Below are positions 25,105 through 38,200 of a DNA stretch of 64,000 bases, in pieces; positions within the stretch are counted from its first letter, which is position 1; the number at the start of each line of letters is the position of its first letter. Below the pieces are notes generated by a model that saw only the letters and a list, made by a program, of their open reading frames with translations, did not search any database and was not told the origin of the DNA. The stretch lies in NCBI GenBank assembly GCA_051362555.1, contig CM120641.1, forward strand, positions 35,346,401-35,410,400. Direction: 5' to 3'. The position numbers were made by a program, and so were the translations under genes. This stretch comes from Lingula anatina. Its lineage: Eukaryota > Animalia > Brachiopoda.

Positions 25105-28100
25105 CCTGTATTGACTCCTATCTTGACACACAAATGCAGAAACTGATACAATTTTTTCTTTGCGTATTTCACAAACGCTTGTCTTGCATAAAGTTTTAGT
25201 TGACCGAGTCCTGTTGACGATCTCGCTATGAGGGATCCTGCCCCTCTCCCGTAAATGCCTTTTCGAATCAAAGGTTTCTTTGGCTTTAGGAATTTTCAAC
25301 AACGGATGGTCAGCAGAGATGCGTGGCCGTCGCAGATAACGTCGCACATACGCCGATCTTCGCTGTCGTCCCCGCTCACGTCGACAGGCCGAGTGACAAC
25401 TCCAGGTGTGTCAGTGCCAACGTAATCAGGTTATTATGTAGCGACAGCAGTTCGGTTGCCTCAGCCACACTTCTGTGTGGCTTACGTATTGTCTCTTCTT
25501 CTTAAACGGCAATTGCCTCTCTGTTGCCCACTAAGTTGGTCACAATCCGAAAACAATGCCCCCACCAACTTTAACACAGAGCCACGCTGCTTCAACAAGC
25601 GCTGGTAAGTTTATTTAATTGCGTTTAATAAAATCAAGCTCAACCCCTGCCATTAGCCTTGTAAAGTAATCCTTGTTTACTTGAGACAATCATGAATATA
25701 AGTTCGGTTAAATCTGCTTACGGTAAGAATGAATGGACGAGTCCTCTGATTGACTCACTGCATATAACAAGTGCCCGCCCACCGCATTAAATGTCGAGTG
25801 TCGAGTATTAAAGCAGCTCGGTGACGTGAATGCCACAACAAATAGAGGAATAGTAGGATAATAACATTGTATTCACAGCACAGAGAAAGCTAAGTGTCAA
25901 TATAAGCTCAATGCAATCGAAAGAGCAAAGGCTTGTGTGCGGATTTTTTCAAGCCTTGTGCAAATTTACCGAAAAACATTTTTCAGTCGTGTTTTTAAAG
26001 AAGCAAAATTACGGGCTAATCTGCTATCGAATGTCATAGCTACTTTTCAGTGCTGGATTTGTTGAATGGACTGAACAGTTAATAATCGAGCAAACCTAAT
26101 TCGTTTTTTAAGCCTTTTGTGTGTGATTTCTTTGTAGAAGTATTTGGTTAACAATATCCAGCTTGTAGATAAATGAGATTATGAGCTTACAGGAGCTTCC
26201 CAGTGAACCCTGGGGGTCAGGGTGGGCCACATCCGCGGCAATTATTACGACAGGTGCTCTCTGAAAGACTTAGATATATTCTTTTTAGTGGATTCTCAAT
26301 AAGTATTTTTCTATTTCAGGCGCTGATAATACGTTGAGTCTTACTCTATGCAATGGAAAAAATGCTTGCATACGCCAAACCAAACTTAAGGGCATGCGCC
26401 GTGCTCGGCTGTTGTCAGGTTTGACAGGAATTCATTTTCAATTACCATATCTTGTACATTCCAAAATATAAGCATGCAATTTGATGAAAAATTCTTCTAC
26501 GTTTTTAGCTTAACTTTAGGCAGATTAGATTTTTGGCTGTAGCATATGAGCCCAAAAGGGTCTGCCCCAAAAGATTCTGCCGTGACATATATACACGCTC
26601 GCTCAGCTGCGTGCATGCACTAGGCAATTAATTTTTTTCACCTTCAAATGTCGTTTTTATTTTTCAGCCAAAAAGTAACAGCAAAAATGACATCATTTAA
26701 CCAAAGAGTTATTAAGCAACACATTGTTCAACTAGAGAATTGCATTTGAGACTTGAAAATTACTGCCAAAAGCGTAACATTGTTTGCAATAAGGGTTTTA
26801 TTATTCAGTTTGTTCAAAAGACTAAAAAAATGTGTCGATCGCATACATCTTTTCAAATTTAAGAAATTATGGACACAATTTAAGGTGTGTTTTGAAATAA
26901 AGAAAATGCACTTGTACTTACATGCAATAGAATCATAATTCGTTCTTTTCTTTTTTTAGCCTCAAGACAGCTTTGCATTTAACATTTTACAAATATAGTT
27001 AACTTCTATACAGATGTAACAGTGTAACATCCGTGTACAAATATTACGATATGAAAATATAATTTGTCGAAAGGACAGACAGACAGCTTCAGGATAACAA
27101 ATGGTTACGGGTTTTAAAATGTACATCGAGCCACGGAGCGTTTTTATATCGACTTTTACACGCGGCTGCAAAACAGGGGTTCTAAATAAGCAGCACGTTC
27201 AGAGTGGCAAAGCAGAGTCCTCCCAGTTTATGTCAGAAGGTAAACCGCATTATTGCCCACATAGATTTAATCTGCTTTGCCCTCTTTAAGCCACCACCTT
27301 ATTTGTCCATTAAGTTTAGCTCGCTTTCAATTCAGTCACAAAAGTGAGATCTGAGATACTGTGCGATCAATAAGAGAGCGTATTTAAACTGCTCGACATC
27401 TGACCCGGCCCATTGTGAATGCTCGCTACTAAGTTGTTTAAACTTCATTTGAAGAGCCATTTAGGACTGATTACTATAAAACTCACCCAATAGATCCCTG
27501 CGCCCAATCAAAACGACAGAACAACGATATGTGAAGTATAAAACGAAACGCAAACAAGTTCGCTAAGAACAGATTAGAATTTTGACTGTTTTCGCTCACC
27601 GTGAGTTCGATAAAATATCTCCAACACCCCGTCTGCCCATCTACAGAAAGAGCAAATTTTGAGTCAAATGCAATCGAGACGATCCGGAACATTTCGGACT
27701 AAGGTCACCAGTGCACCGGCCTGGCACTAATTAGTTATTTAACGTTGTTCCCAAACTGGCTGTTCACACTTTCACTCTGAGTTCAAAAGGATTAAATGTG
27801 TGACACGAAGTTCTTATCTGATCACCTTTCTCTACCTGTCATAATACTGGGCAAACAGTAGTCATACCTGCGGCTAAATCAATTAGAGAACAACGCCGTG
27901 TTTGGGCAAGGATTTACCCAGCTTTTCGTCTTAATGGAGAGGTTCGGACGAAGTGGACACGAATCGAGGGGCATTAGATATAATCCTTCGCAAATTGCTT
28001 GTTTTTTAATATGAACCGTGCGGAAAATCGAGTTCACGTGCTTGAATGTGTTTTGAATAGGTTAACCGTTTTTTTCGCACATTTACGCTGTCCAATTTAG

Positions 28101-31100
28101 TTTGAAGATTGGTAACACCTTTTGGAAATGAAATGTTCACATGACCATTTCTCGCGAAAACTAAACACGTTCTTAGGCCTGCATATTTTTTGGCTCCCAA
28201 ACTATTCGACCTTCTGTATGTTTGCCGACCTTGTAACTCTGACACAAATATAAGCATAATAAATCATATGAGACTGAAAATCTTTTGAAACTGATGCATT
28301 TAAGACCAACCGCCTGTCCATGTTTAGAACTGTGCAATTTAGCATGAACGATCATTATCTTCTAATATTTGTGATTCCCAGAACATTAACAAAGTACCTC
28401 TTTCCAAGCTCAAAGCACAGTTTCAACATTCACACATCGAAAAATCTGCTTTTGAAATAAACATGAGAAAGTTCATAGAATTTGCCACCGACGATCGGTA
28501 AAGCGACCTTATAAAAGGATTACAAAATAATTGCTTAATAATCGGGCTTTCTTGCAACGTCCGGACTCATTGATTTACCACAGAAGTGCATTTCTGCCAT
28601 GTAAACTTAACGCATGACACGAAAGGGTTATGAAACAGCCGATAAGATGGCTTGATCCACATTTTAAACGGGCATCGCATTGATCAAGGCTTCGACACTT
28701 AAGATTGCAATGTTCTTTGGTGCATGTCACTTAAATGGAGGTAGCTAGTTCGGTGCGCTCTGTACGGGAAATAAAAGTTTTTAATTTGATCTCAGAAACA
28801 TTTGATAAAGTTAATCTTGGATGAATAATACACATCCAAGAATTGATTTACAGAACGGACCTACGTTTGCTATTTCTTCAATATTATGACCGCTACATTA
28901 TCCCAAACTGTTCTAATATGAATGTGCTTGTGTATTAATTCTTCATGCAAGTATCTTTGTCTATTTATATGTCTGTCTTTCTGTCTGTCTGTCTGTCGGC
29001 CCGTCCTTTTGCCATTCTGTTGGTACGCCTGTCTTTTTGATTGTGTTTTTGTATTTTTTTCCACAAATCTGCCAACCCTGAGACGGGGGTAGTTTGTTTA
29101 TCCACAGTCTTTACTTTTCGATTATTACGAACTGATGTAATAAATAACTTGGTTTATCATTGGGATTCATTGTGAACAAGCTACATGGCACCCTCAATCA
29201 ATGGAATTCAAGATTCCACGTCCATGCGTTTGTCTTAAGTTGTCATTTTGGATAGTTATATGAATTCATTACATTTGTTTCGTTTGTAATTTCGATTCTC
29301 TGTTTTTCTTCATCAAGTACGGAAGCGGTTTCACCGAATAACTGGTCACAAATTCATAGTTGATTTTTTAAATGTGTTGACAACAAGTGATATTACATCA
29401 AGGCATCAGGTTAGTGCATTCATTTTCTCTTTCTTTTCTTTTAACCAGTAAACCGATATTTTTTGTCTTCATATGATGGATTTTTTAGAAGATAGATTTA
29501 AACTGTGCATTCGTATGGAAAGAGTTAAATTACATCGGCTACTACGAATTTCGCTGCATTGATAGTTGTGAGCTGCCAATTTAAAAGAAGAAAAAGAGTA
29601 CAATTTATGAATGACTGATACACTTTTACCAACACGTTGAGTGCACGCACACACACACACACACACACACACCAAAATTTTTTGAATGTATAAATGGATA
29701 TATATATATATATTTAATCATCCTTTCTCCAGTTTTCAATTTCGTAGGGTCATATCTAAACTATGGTATTTTGCGCGTTCTGTCTCAAAAGCAATGTTTA
29801 CATTTACATTTTAAATTTTCAAACTCTTTATATCCGTTTTAGTGAAATTTGATATGTCTTTCCCGCCATCTTTCTATCTCGATCTAAAAATTTCAAAATC
29901 GCTCTCGGCTTAACAGCATGATTGCTTTTCACAATGTGCGAAAGGTAATGTGAAGAAGCAGATGAAAATTCGAGCAAACTTCCTTTCTGTTTAGAAGTTA
30001 TATATTATTTATATATAAAAAACTTAAACAGTTAAATCAAGGTTTTCCAAACGATCCTTAAGTCTACATCAATCAATGTAATCTGTTCAGCATTGTTCTT
30101 ATCCACAATACATGCGAACTAAATTAAAATGATTCTCAAAGAATGCAAACATTTGCAGATTCCTGCCTCGGCGGCAAAATAGCAACTCGGAGAGAAGGTC
30201 ATAAAAATTTCATCAAAAATACAGTCAAATCCATTGACCAGTCTGTGGAGTCAAGTTGTGTCTTTAAAGAGGATAAATATGTTTATCAGTTTCCACAAAC
30301 AAAAAGCCCTACAAACTCATCATCGAAAGGAGAGGGGATTCGGTAGCTGCAAGCTATCGTTGATAAAGCTGTAGTGTCGCACATGCTAACAATGGTCAAA
30401 GTCAATTTGCCTCGTGGGAATACAGAGAATGCATTTTCTTTTGCACACTGCATTTCACAGCAAATCAAATATCAACAAAAGACACAATTGTGGTGCCACA
30501 TCAACGGTAAAGGAAATCAACCTTTGCCTCACATATTCTAATGTTTTGTTAACTTTCCTTTCCGTGATTAGCTTCCCATTTAATCTGTAAGTCGAGACAG
30601 TGATTATCCATGTTATCTACGGCATAGTGTTTTTGCCACGTTCATTGCCCCATACAGTATCAGTCGTCTCTCTTGGCCTTCATCATTCACTTTTTGTACA
30701 GTTCTTGGTAGCTTTTAGCATTTCGTAATAATAATTCATTCTTAAAATCAAATATCTATCGCTGAAATATTTCAAATGCTAGCTTGGGCTTTTTAACAGT
30801 ACCTAAGCTAAAAAAAAAGAAAAACAATTTAGCGCCGATAGTATTGTACTAATATCCAAATATACAGTCACCTTTCAAGTATACACCAACTTTTGTCTTG
30901 GTATCTACCTAAATTTTTCACGTTACTTATAACACGATGATGTATATAGTATTTTTAGCAAACATTTAAGTTTCGTGCTTGCAGAAGATAAGAAATTATA
31001 TCTGATAATGTCAAGAGTGTCAAGAGATGACAGATTAAAGCTTTGTCAGACTTCTAAAAAGGAACTCTTCAATAGTCGTTTCCGTAAGTATATGATGCAA

Positions 31101-34100
31101 AAAAATCCCATAGTAGTTACTTTCTACCATGAAATTCGATAACAAATCTCAGTAATAACACTGAATTTTGATACCACGCCCAATCTCTTTCGAAAATTGA
31201 TATATATATATGGTATTGCATTTATAAAAACATGTTTCACCTTATTGTTATTGTTTGTCAACAATATGAATGAAATGAAACAGCAGCCGCGGCCATAATG
31301 TACGCGGACAACAGGTGTGTAGTATCAGTACCATTAAAACTCCTTTCATGGGAAAACGAAAACAAATAACACTCGCAAGTCAGAAACAACAAAAAATAGG
31401 GCCATGACATATCGACTGCACTTATATACAAATCCAGAGAATAATTATCAGATCAAAACTCCATGAAACGATTACGTAGTGCTTACACATTCATAGTGGG
31501 ATTGTGCAATTATGTTAATGTCACGCACATTCGAGCCTGCTCCAATATTTGTGCTGGTTTTAGTGCTGTGTGCTTTACCACTCCAGCGCCGTAATTGCTA
31601 AACAATGACAAGTGGTAATCACTCCATGGCTTGGCACCATTTGCTACAGATAACATCAGGTTAAGATTACAGTTAATTTGGCACGTTCACCCCCACCGTC
31701 TATGAGTTCTCCACCATCTTATTACAGAATGCTACTTCATAACCAGGTGCCCATTGTCCAATACGTTGGTATCTATATCTAAATGTAAAATATTCATGGC
31801 AATAGATGTAAAGTTTATTTTCAAATGAGAGGAAGTGATGGTAAAGTTCGGTGGTGTGACAGATTCCAGTGTCAGACGGCAGTTGCTATGGTGACAGATA
31901 GGCTCAAGTCACCAAACCGCTGCTTTATCTGTATGAGAATAGGATTACTGGATGTCATGGCTCCCTAATTACAACTTTCTAGTTGTTATACCTGTCGTTT
32001 TACTTTACAGAGGCTGAGATAATCTGTTAAAAGGCATGGGAAAACAAACATTACGTACTGCACTTAAAGTAAATGATATATATTGCATTCCAGAGTTTTT
32101 ATCGAGTGGATTTGAGACTGTTATATATTCACATATTAATGGTTTTGTCTCTGGAATTAAAGACAGAAACCATAAACCGGATGTAACGTGCAATATATTG
32201 ATATGAATCGAGGCGTTTTGACTTAGATTGAAGGGATGGAACAAAATGCAACAAAGGAGACAATGCTAATTAAGTACTTGGTGTATTGCACATATAGCGC
32301 ATCGGAAGTGCAATCTTCGATATATTTTTATGTCTAAAAAGTTTTACCAGCCCATTTTAATGGGTTTAGTAATTGATTTTTTTCTTAATACAAATAAAGG
32401 ACATTCAAGAGAAATGTTATCGCAGTGAATGCAATACCGTGGAAAGGTGCATTCTTTTGGTCGTTTTGAAAGGAACCCCATTTAGTATGGTAGATGCATC
32501 TTCTTTATATTAGCGTTTTTGATTAACATTTTAGCGAGCTTGAAAGAACGAGTTTAAAGAAATTTATTTGTAAAAAGGCAGACAGAGAAATAACACCATG
32601 GGCAACTATGATAACATTTCCTAAAATAACAAGAAGTGTTTTAACGAATTTGAATGATTTTATGTTGTTTCACCATTTATTTACCACTAAATCACATTGA
32701 AAATGTTTTGAATTCTGTGAAAATTCGACAGGATATCCAAATGAAGGATATCTAAATTTAGCCCAAAGAATCAACTCGGAAAGTAAACATAAACAGAGAA
32801 ATTTGCCCATAATGTCCCCATTACTACCATTAATATAGCAAAGAGATCTTATGTTCAGCGGTTTGTCTAAATTCAAGTCGAAGAATGAGAATAGTGTAGG
32901 AAACGTAGATTAATTTCCTACAGACTGTTTACAGAGAATAAGATTGAATTAAAACCATTGTAAAAATTGTTCTGAAAAATCTATATCCCCTCCGCGGTAA
33001 ACTTTCCCCTGAGCGTGTATTTGTTTTCAGGTACACACAAGTAAAGATTTAATGAAGCTTCACTAAAGACGCGTATTCACCCTTTTAATTCGCATTGGCG
33101 ATGTGTAGATTTCAATTAGACAATATTTATCACCGCACAGTAACAAAAGGCACTGTCCAAAGTCGATAAAGCGGAGACAGTTAGCTGAGAGTGATGGCCC
33201 TGCCCCATCACTTCTTCAAACCTACACTTTATAAATACTGTATATTTTATGGGCCATTTTGTCCGTAAAAAAGAGACTGGTAAAAAATAGCTCCCCGGGT
33301 TAAGAATGCTTAAATGTTAAGGTTATAGGTGTCTGAGGAAGGCACAGAAAGCTTCCAATAGATTGAATGGTATCTTCACATTATTCTCCCGTTTTCGGAA
33401 CAATGGTCCTATGATATGATACAACAAAATACTGTTATTCTTAAATAAATTTTTTATTTGATTTTGCAAGCTTTCAAATAGCTATTTTCAAAAAAGCCAA
33501 AGCATCTTGAGTAGACAATCGACCAAGGAAGATGAGATGGGTTGTTACCGGCACGTTTGTAAAATTGTGAAAAGAAAAGGATTTAAAAAGAACCAAATTA
33601 TATATTTCTCAGTAATTATCATTTATCCAATATGTTGAACCCAACTCTTTCTTTTCACAAGAAGGGGCATTTGTCCTACTGAATAAACAAACTGTACTCT
33701 CAAGTCGATAGATCTGTGGCCAAATCGTCTGTGCTAACACCGGCCCCTTTTGACTTCACATTGTTACAAGAGCAGTGCTGCAGGACGTCCGTCAACCTGA
33801 CGCAACGGCGGTCAAATGCTTTTTCGCAGGAGAACCAACAGAGATGAGAACGGTACCGCTTCCTGGCGCACGCCAAAACAATAAAGGTCAGCTGCTGTCG
33901 AGGTGATAGGTCGATAAACACTGCCCAGGGGACACGAATGTGCACAGGGCCTGTTGGGCAACTCTTGGACGAAGAAAACGTTGTATTTGCCCAAGGGCAA
34001 CTAGAGGTGACATTTGGCCTTCTTGGTTCAGTGTTCGACTGGAGGAGTTGTGTAAGGCTACAGGTTTATTTTTACAAGGATGATAATAAAAGGAATCTCG

Positions 34101-34890
34101 AGTCAATTTTTGTTTACAGTTCAAAATGTGGGAAAAGATTTACAGTAAAACGGGGAAATAAATGTATGAGGAATTTGTGAGGTTGCTAGAAATTCCACAT
34201 TTACTACGATCACCCTTAAAAAAAAGTCGGAAAATATGGGGCTCAGGGGGCAGCCTAGGCCAATGATATTTTTGGCTCCCAAAAAGTTGGAAATCTGCCG
34301 ATAGTTTTTTTTTCATTGATCAAGCAGAACAAAACAGAGAACAGAAAAAAACAATCACAATTTTTTGTCAACAGCTATTACTTTTATTATTCAAATCATG
34401 TTACTATTATGAAAGTATAATACGGGTAAAACAAGTTTTACGAAAGTATAACACAGGTAAGCCAGGTAAAAATTTATACAAACTCACGTTTTACAATGCA
34501 TTTTATCCGTCTAACTGGTAATATCAGTGGCGCACTTTCTACAGATTTCACAACCATTTCAAACGCACATTGGACATATTTCTTGTAAGTATGAATGAAT
34601 TTAATGTGAAAATGGTCCACAGAAAATATCTCGGATCTAAGTTAAAAAAACCCCCAATTAATCCAGTAGACAGAAATCGCAAGGAGTCAACGCATTTAAT
34701 AAAAAACGAATTTATTCATAAACAATTATTAAACACACAGAGCGTATGGCATGGCTTAGAATGGCCAATCCTTAGTTTGACATTTTTGGTACAAATAATT
34801 TTTTACTTTTGTGGACCCATTTTTGACACAGGAACGTCTGCCACGAACGTCTGCCATCGAAACTGAACATCAACTAGCATGACATCTCTA

Positions 34891-35185
34891 CTATAAAACA
34901 GTGTACAGATAAATTCCCTCTAAATCGCTCTCCTCGCTGTCCTTGGCTCCAAATAATTGCAAATTAGCACGTCTTACTATATTTTCCAATGGTAGTGGCC
35001 GCAGCCACGATGACAGTTCTATGTTGACCTAAAATTAAAAATACAATGACAAATGGTCAGAAAACCAGAATTCATTTTTTAAAATATATGTAGCATTTAA
35101 CTTTGAGTGCTTAAATTTTCAATTTCAAGTGTTCCAAGAACACCCGAAGGAGTTTTACTCCATATCAACTGTAAGATGACGAAAA

Positions 35186-35232
<47 letters not shown>

Positions 35233-38200
35233 AAACCGTAAAAAAATGTTCACATTAAAGTGAACGTTTTGATTCATCCAGTTGTTTTTTTTCTCTTTAG
35301 TGTGACATTGGTGACAGCCCTATCTCAGGTCAACTGAAAAAGCCTTTACGATAAGACTGAAACCTCGGTGACCTTCATTGCAAACGTAAGCACCAGGATG
35401 AGATTAAATAATAAATACCGTTCTTATTTTTGTAAAAGGCTAATATTTCCTCCATTTGTCTAACCCCAGAACAGAGTTCTTGCGTTCCTGGTGTACATAG
35501 TTTGTTAAAATGTGTTAGTTGTGCTGGGAGCCTTTCGCTCATATTCAACACATTCAGATCGCGGTTTTACAAAAAATGGAAGATTGTGTCAAAATCAAAA
35601 CTGGCACAGTGCAAAATTCTTACGCTTTCACACAAAAAGCCAGGCATGTGTATGTAAAACCACTGACTTCAAACATTTGAGGAAGTCTCAACACTTGAAG
35701 ATAATTTATGCAGGCCACTTCAAACGTTGAAAGAAAAATAACATATATTGAAAATGGTCAAGGTGATCATGCACCACACAACATAAAAAAATCATTGACA
35801 GTTAATGCTCAGAAATATGGATCTTTTAACAAACTTACCTTAAGGCTCTCAAAGGATTCTTCTAGGCTGGGCACCGTAACAAGAATCACACCCCGTTTCC
35901 TCACATTTTCTCGTAATAACAGCCAAAACCTGAGAAAGGAATTCAACATGTTTCACTTACCAGAATCTACGGAAATAGTTTGCATTATCGCCCAAATATT
36001 TTTTAAAAGTCCATACGTGTTTCTGATATTTCCAAGGGTAATCAGGGAGCTTTACATTATCGGCAGACAGAGTGGTAAACTAGATAAAATGCAAATAAAA
36101 ATCACAGAGTCCGTGATAATTTTTACCAGTGACGTGTTGATGACACATAATTTCAACACCTTAATAGTATTTCTTCTGTTTCTCAATTATATACCTTAAC
36201 AGTATTCTAATTTAAGATCCATAAATGCCTTACTTAGTTTCCACGTCTGGACTTGTGAAGAATTCAAAAACATTATTCAGAACAACAACATCGGCTGCAA
36301 TAAAAGGATTACCATCATTGTAAATACTAATGGCATCAGTTTAATTAATATAATCAGTATCACTGGCCAGAGCTTTCAAGAGCTTGGAATAATATGTTGA
36401 ACCATGACATGATAATACATTTTAACTTGAATAATAAACAGTGAAGACTGTTGTTAATTTAATAATCAATGAACATCATAAGCAATTTTGCTGTCGATTA
36501 AAAATGATACGAAAGGATGATAAACTTATATGCAGAATATTAACTGAACTGTCATAATTGATGCATCACCAGTTACAATATATTTGAACAATCAGTTCCA
36601 TACAATTTTTAAATGGTTATAGATGCATAATATAACACAGATCTGTTTAAATGATGTATTATTTTCTACCGATTCAAAAACTCACCCTGTTGTAAAAGGT
36701 GGGACTGTTGAAGAATATCAGCACACTCTATCTTGACTCGGTCTGTCAGTGAATATTTACTAAGTATCTTTCCACTAAGCTCACAGAAATAATCATTTAT
36801 TTCAACTCCTTTGATCACTTTTGCTGAACTAAAATAATATGCCTGAAACAAAAACGAAACATGATATCAATTTTATAGCGACTAACTTTCACTTCATTTT
36901 ACATCAGTCTACAATAGATCTGCTAAAACAAATGGTGCCATTTAAGCTGATGGCATGAAGGCATACATCTCAAGTTAATTGCAGTTAAAAAGCTGCCATA
37001 TTTCTGTCAGGTCTTAAAGGTGAAATATGTGGTAAGTACTTAGCAAAGTACTTGCATTATGGAGCATGATCAATTCATAGAATCAAAATTGATCAGGAAT
37101 AAACATTTGCAATTGTTTGCAATAATAATTGATGACATCACTCCAGACAATAACACCAGAAAATAATACCAAAAAAAAAGCACCTTGTACAGAATACAAA
37201 AATAATCTGATGTGACATCCATTAATTTTTTTTCAGATAAACACAACTCTCACAACAGGCCCATGTAGTCTCAGTTACATTATGCTGTAATTGATTTTTG
37301 CTCCTCAATTTAATGTGCAGCTAAAATACCGATACCTTTCCTTTTAGACTCTGCTGTTAATAATGTCAAGGCTCTTTGTCTGGGTACTTTAAAAGCTCTT
37401 TCAAACATGCATTAATAGCAGGTCCTAAACTAGAGGATCAGAGAGGCGATACCGCCTCCGAATATTGTACCACCAGCTGGAGCAAGCGCATTCGTATAGA
37501 CCCCCACATACACAAAATAAGGGACACAGCCACCAGTCTTATGCTTGACAAGCTATAAAAATGCAATCAACAAGAATTTTCAAAATACGCAAAAAATATA
37601 TATAACTTAAAATGGTACAATCAAAGTTAAGTTCATCGTAAGGTAGGTCAAAGGTCAATTTCAAGGTCGCAGTAAATTGCCAGTATATGACTTCCTATTC
37701 AACTTCAATAGTAACTATGGACCTATCTCTGCCAGGTTTGGAGTTAAAAGAGAAAGAAATTAGCAGAGTTCAGTTCATGATTATAAGTAGGTCAAAGGTC
37801 AATTTGAAGGTCACATATAGATTGCCAGTATATGACTTCCTATTCAAGTCCAATAGTAACTACGGACCTATCTCAGCCAGTTTTGGAGATAAAAGGAAAC
37901 CAAAATTTGCAAAGTTCAGTTCATGGTGAAAAGTAGGTCAAAGGTCAATTTCAAGGTCACAGTAAGATTGCCAGTATATGACTTCCTATTCAAGTCCAAT
38001 AGAAACTACGGACCTATCTCTGCCAGTTTTGGAGATAAAAGGGAAGCAAAATTTGCAATGTTCAGTTCATGGTGAAAAGTAGGTCAAAGGTCAATTTTAA
38101 GGTCACATTTAGATTGCCAGTATATGACTTCCTATTCAAGTTCAATAGTAACTATGGACCTATCTCTGCCAGTTTTGGAGACAAAAGGGAAGCAAAATTT

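Noticed and set aside
25105-25347. N-terminal extension of the Gsc exon-1 ORF (MRRYLRRP...)
   Set aside because: No Gsc-like motif, and the start is non-ATG in the ORF track. The ATG at 25104 gives a typical Gsc N-terminus, so the extension is probably 5'UTR.
35930-35970. Possible 6-nt micro-exon (ccgtag|ATTCTG|gtaagt) before exon 7 of the methyltransferase-like gene
   Set aside because: It would need an intron of only about 31 nt. The downstream acceptor alone gives a clean in-frame model.
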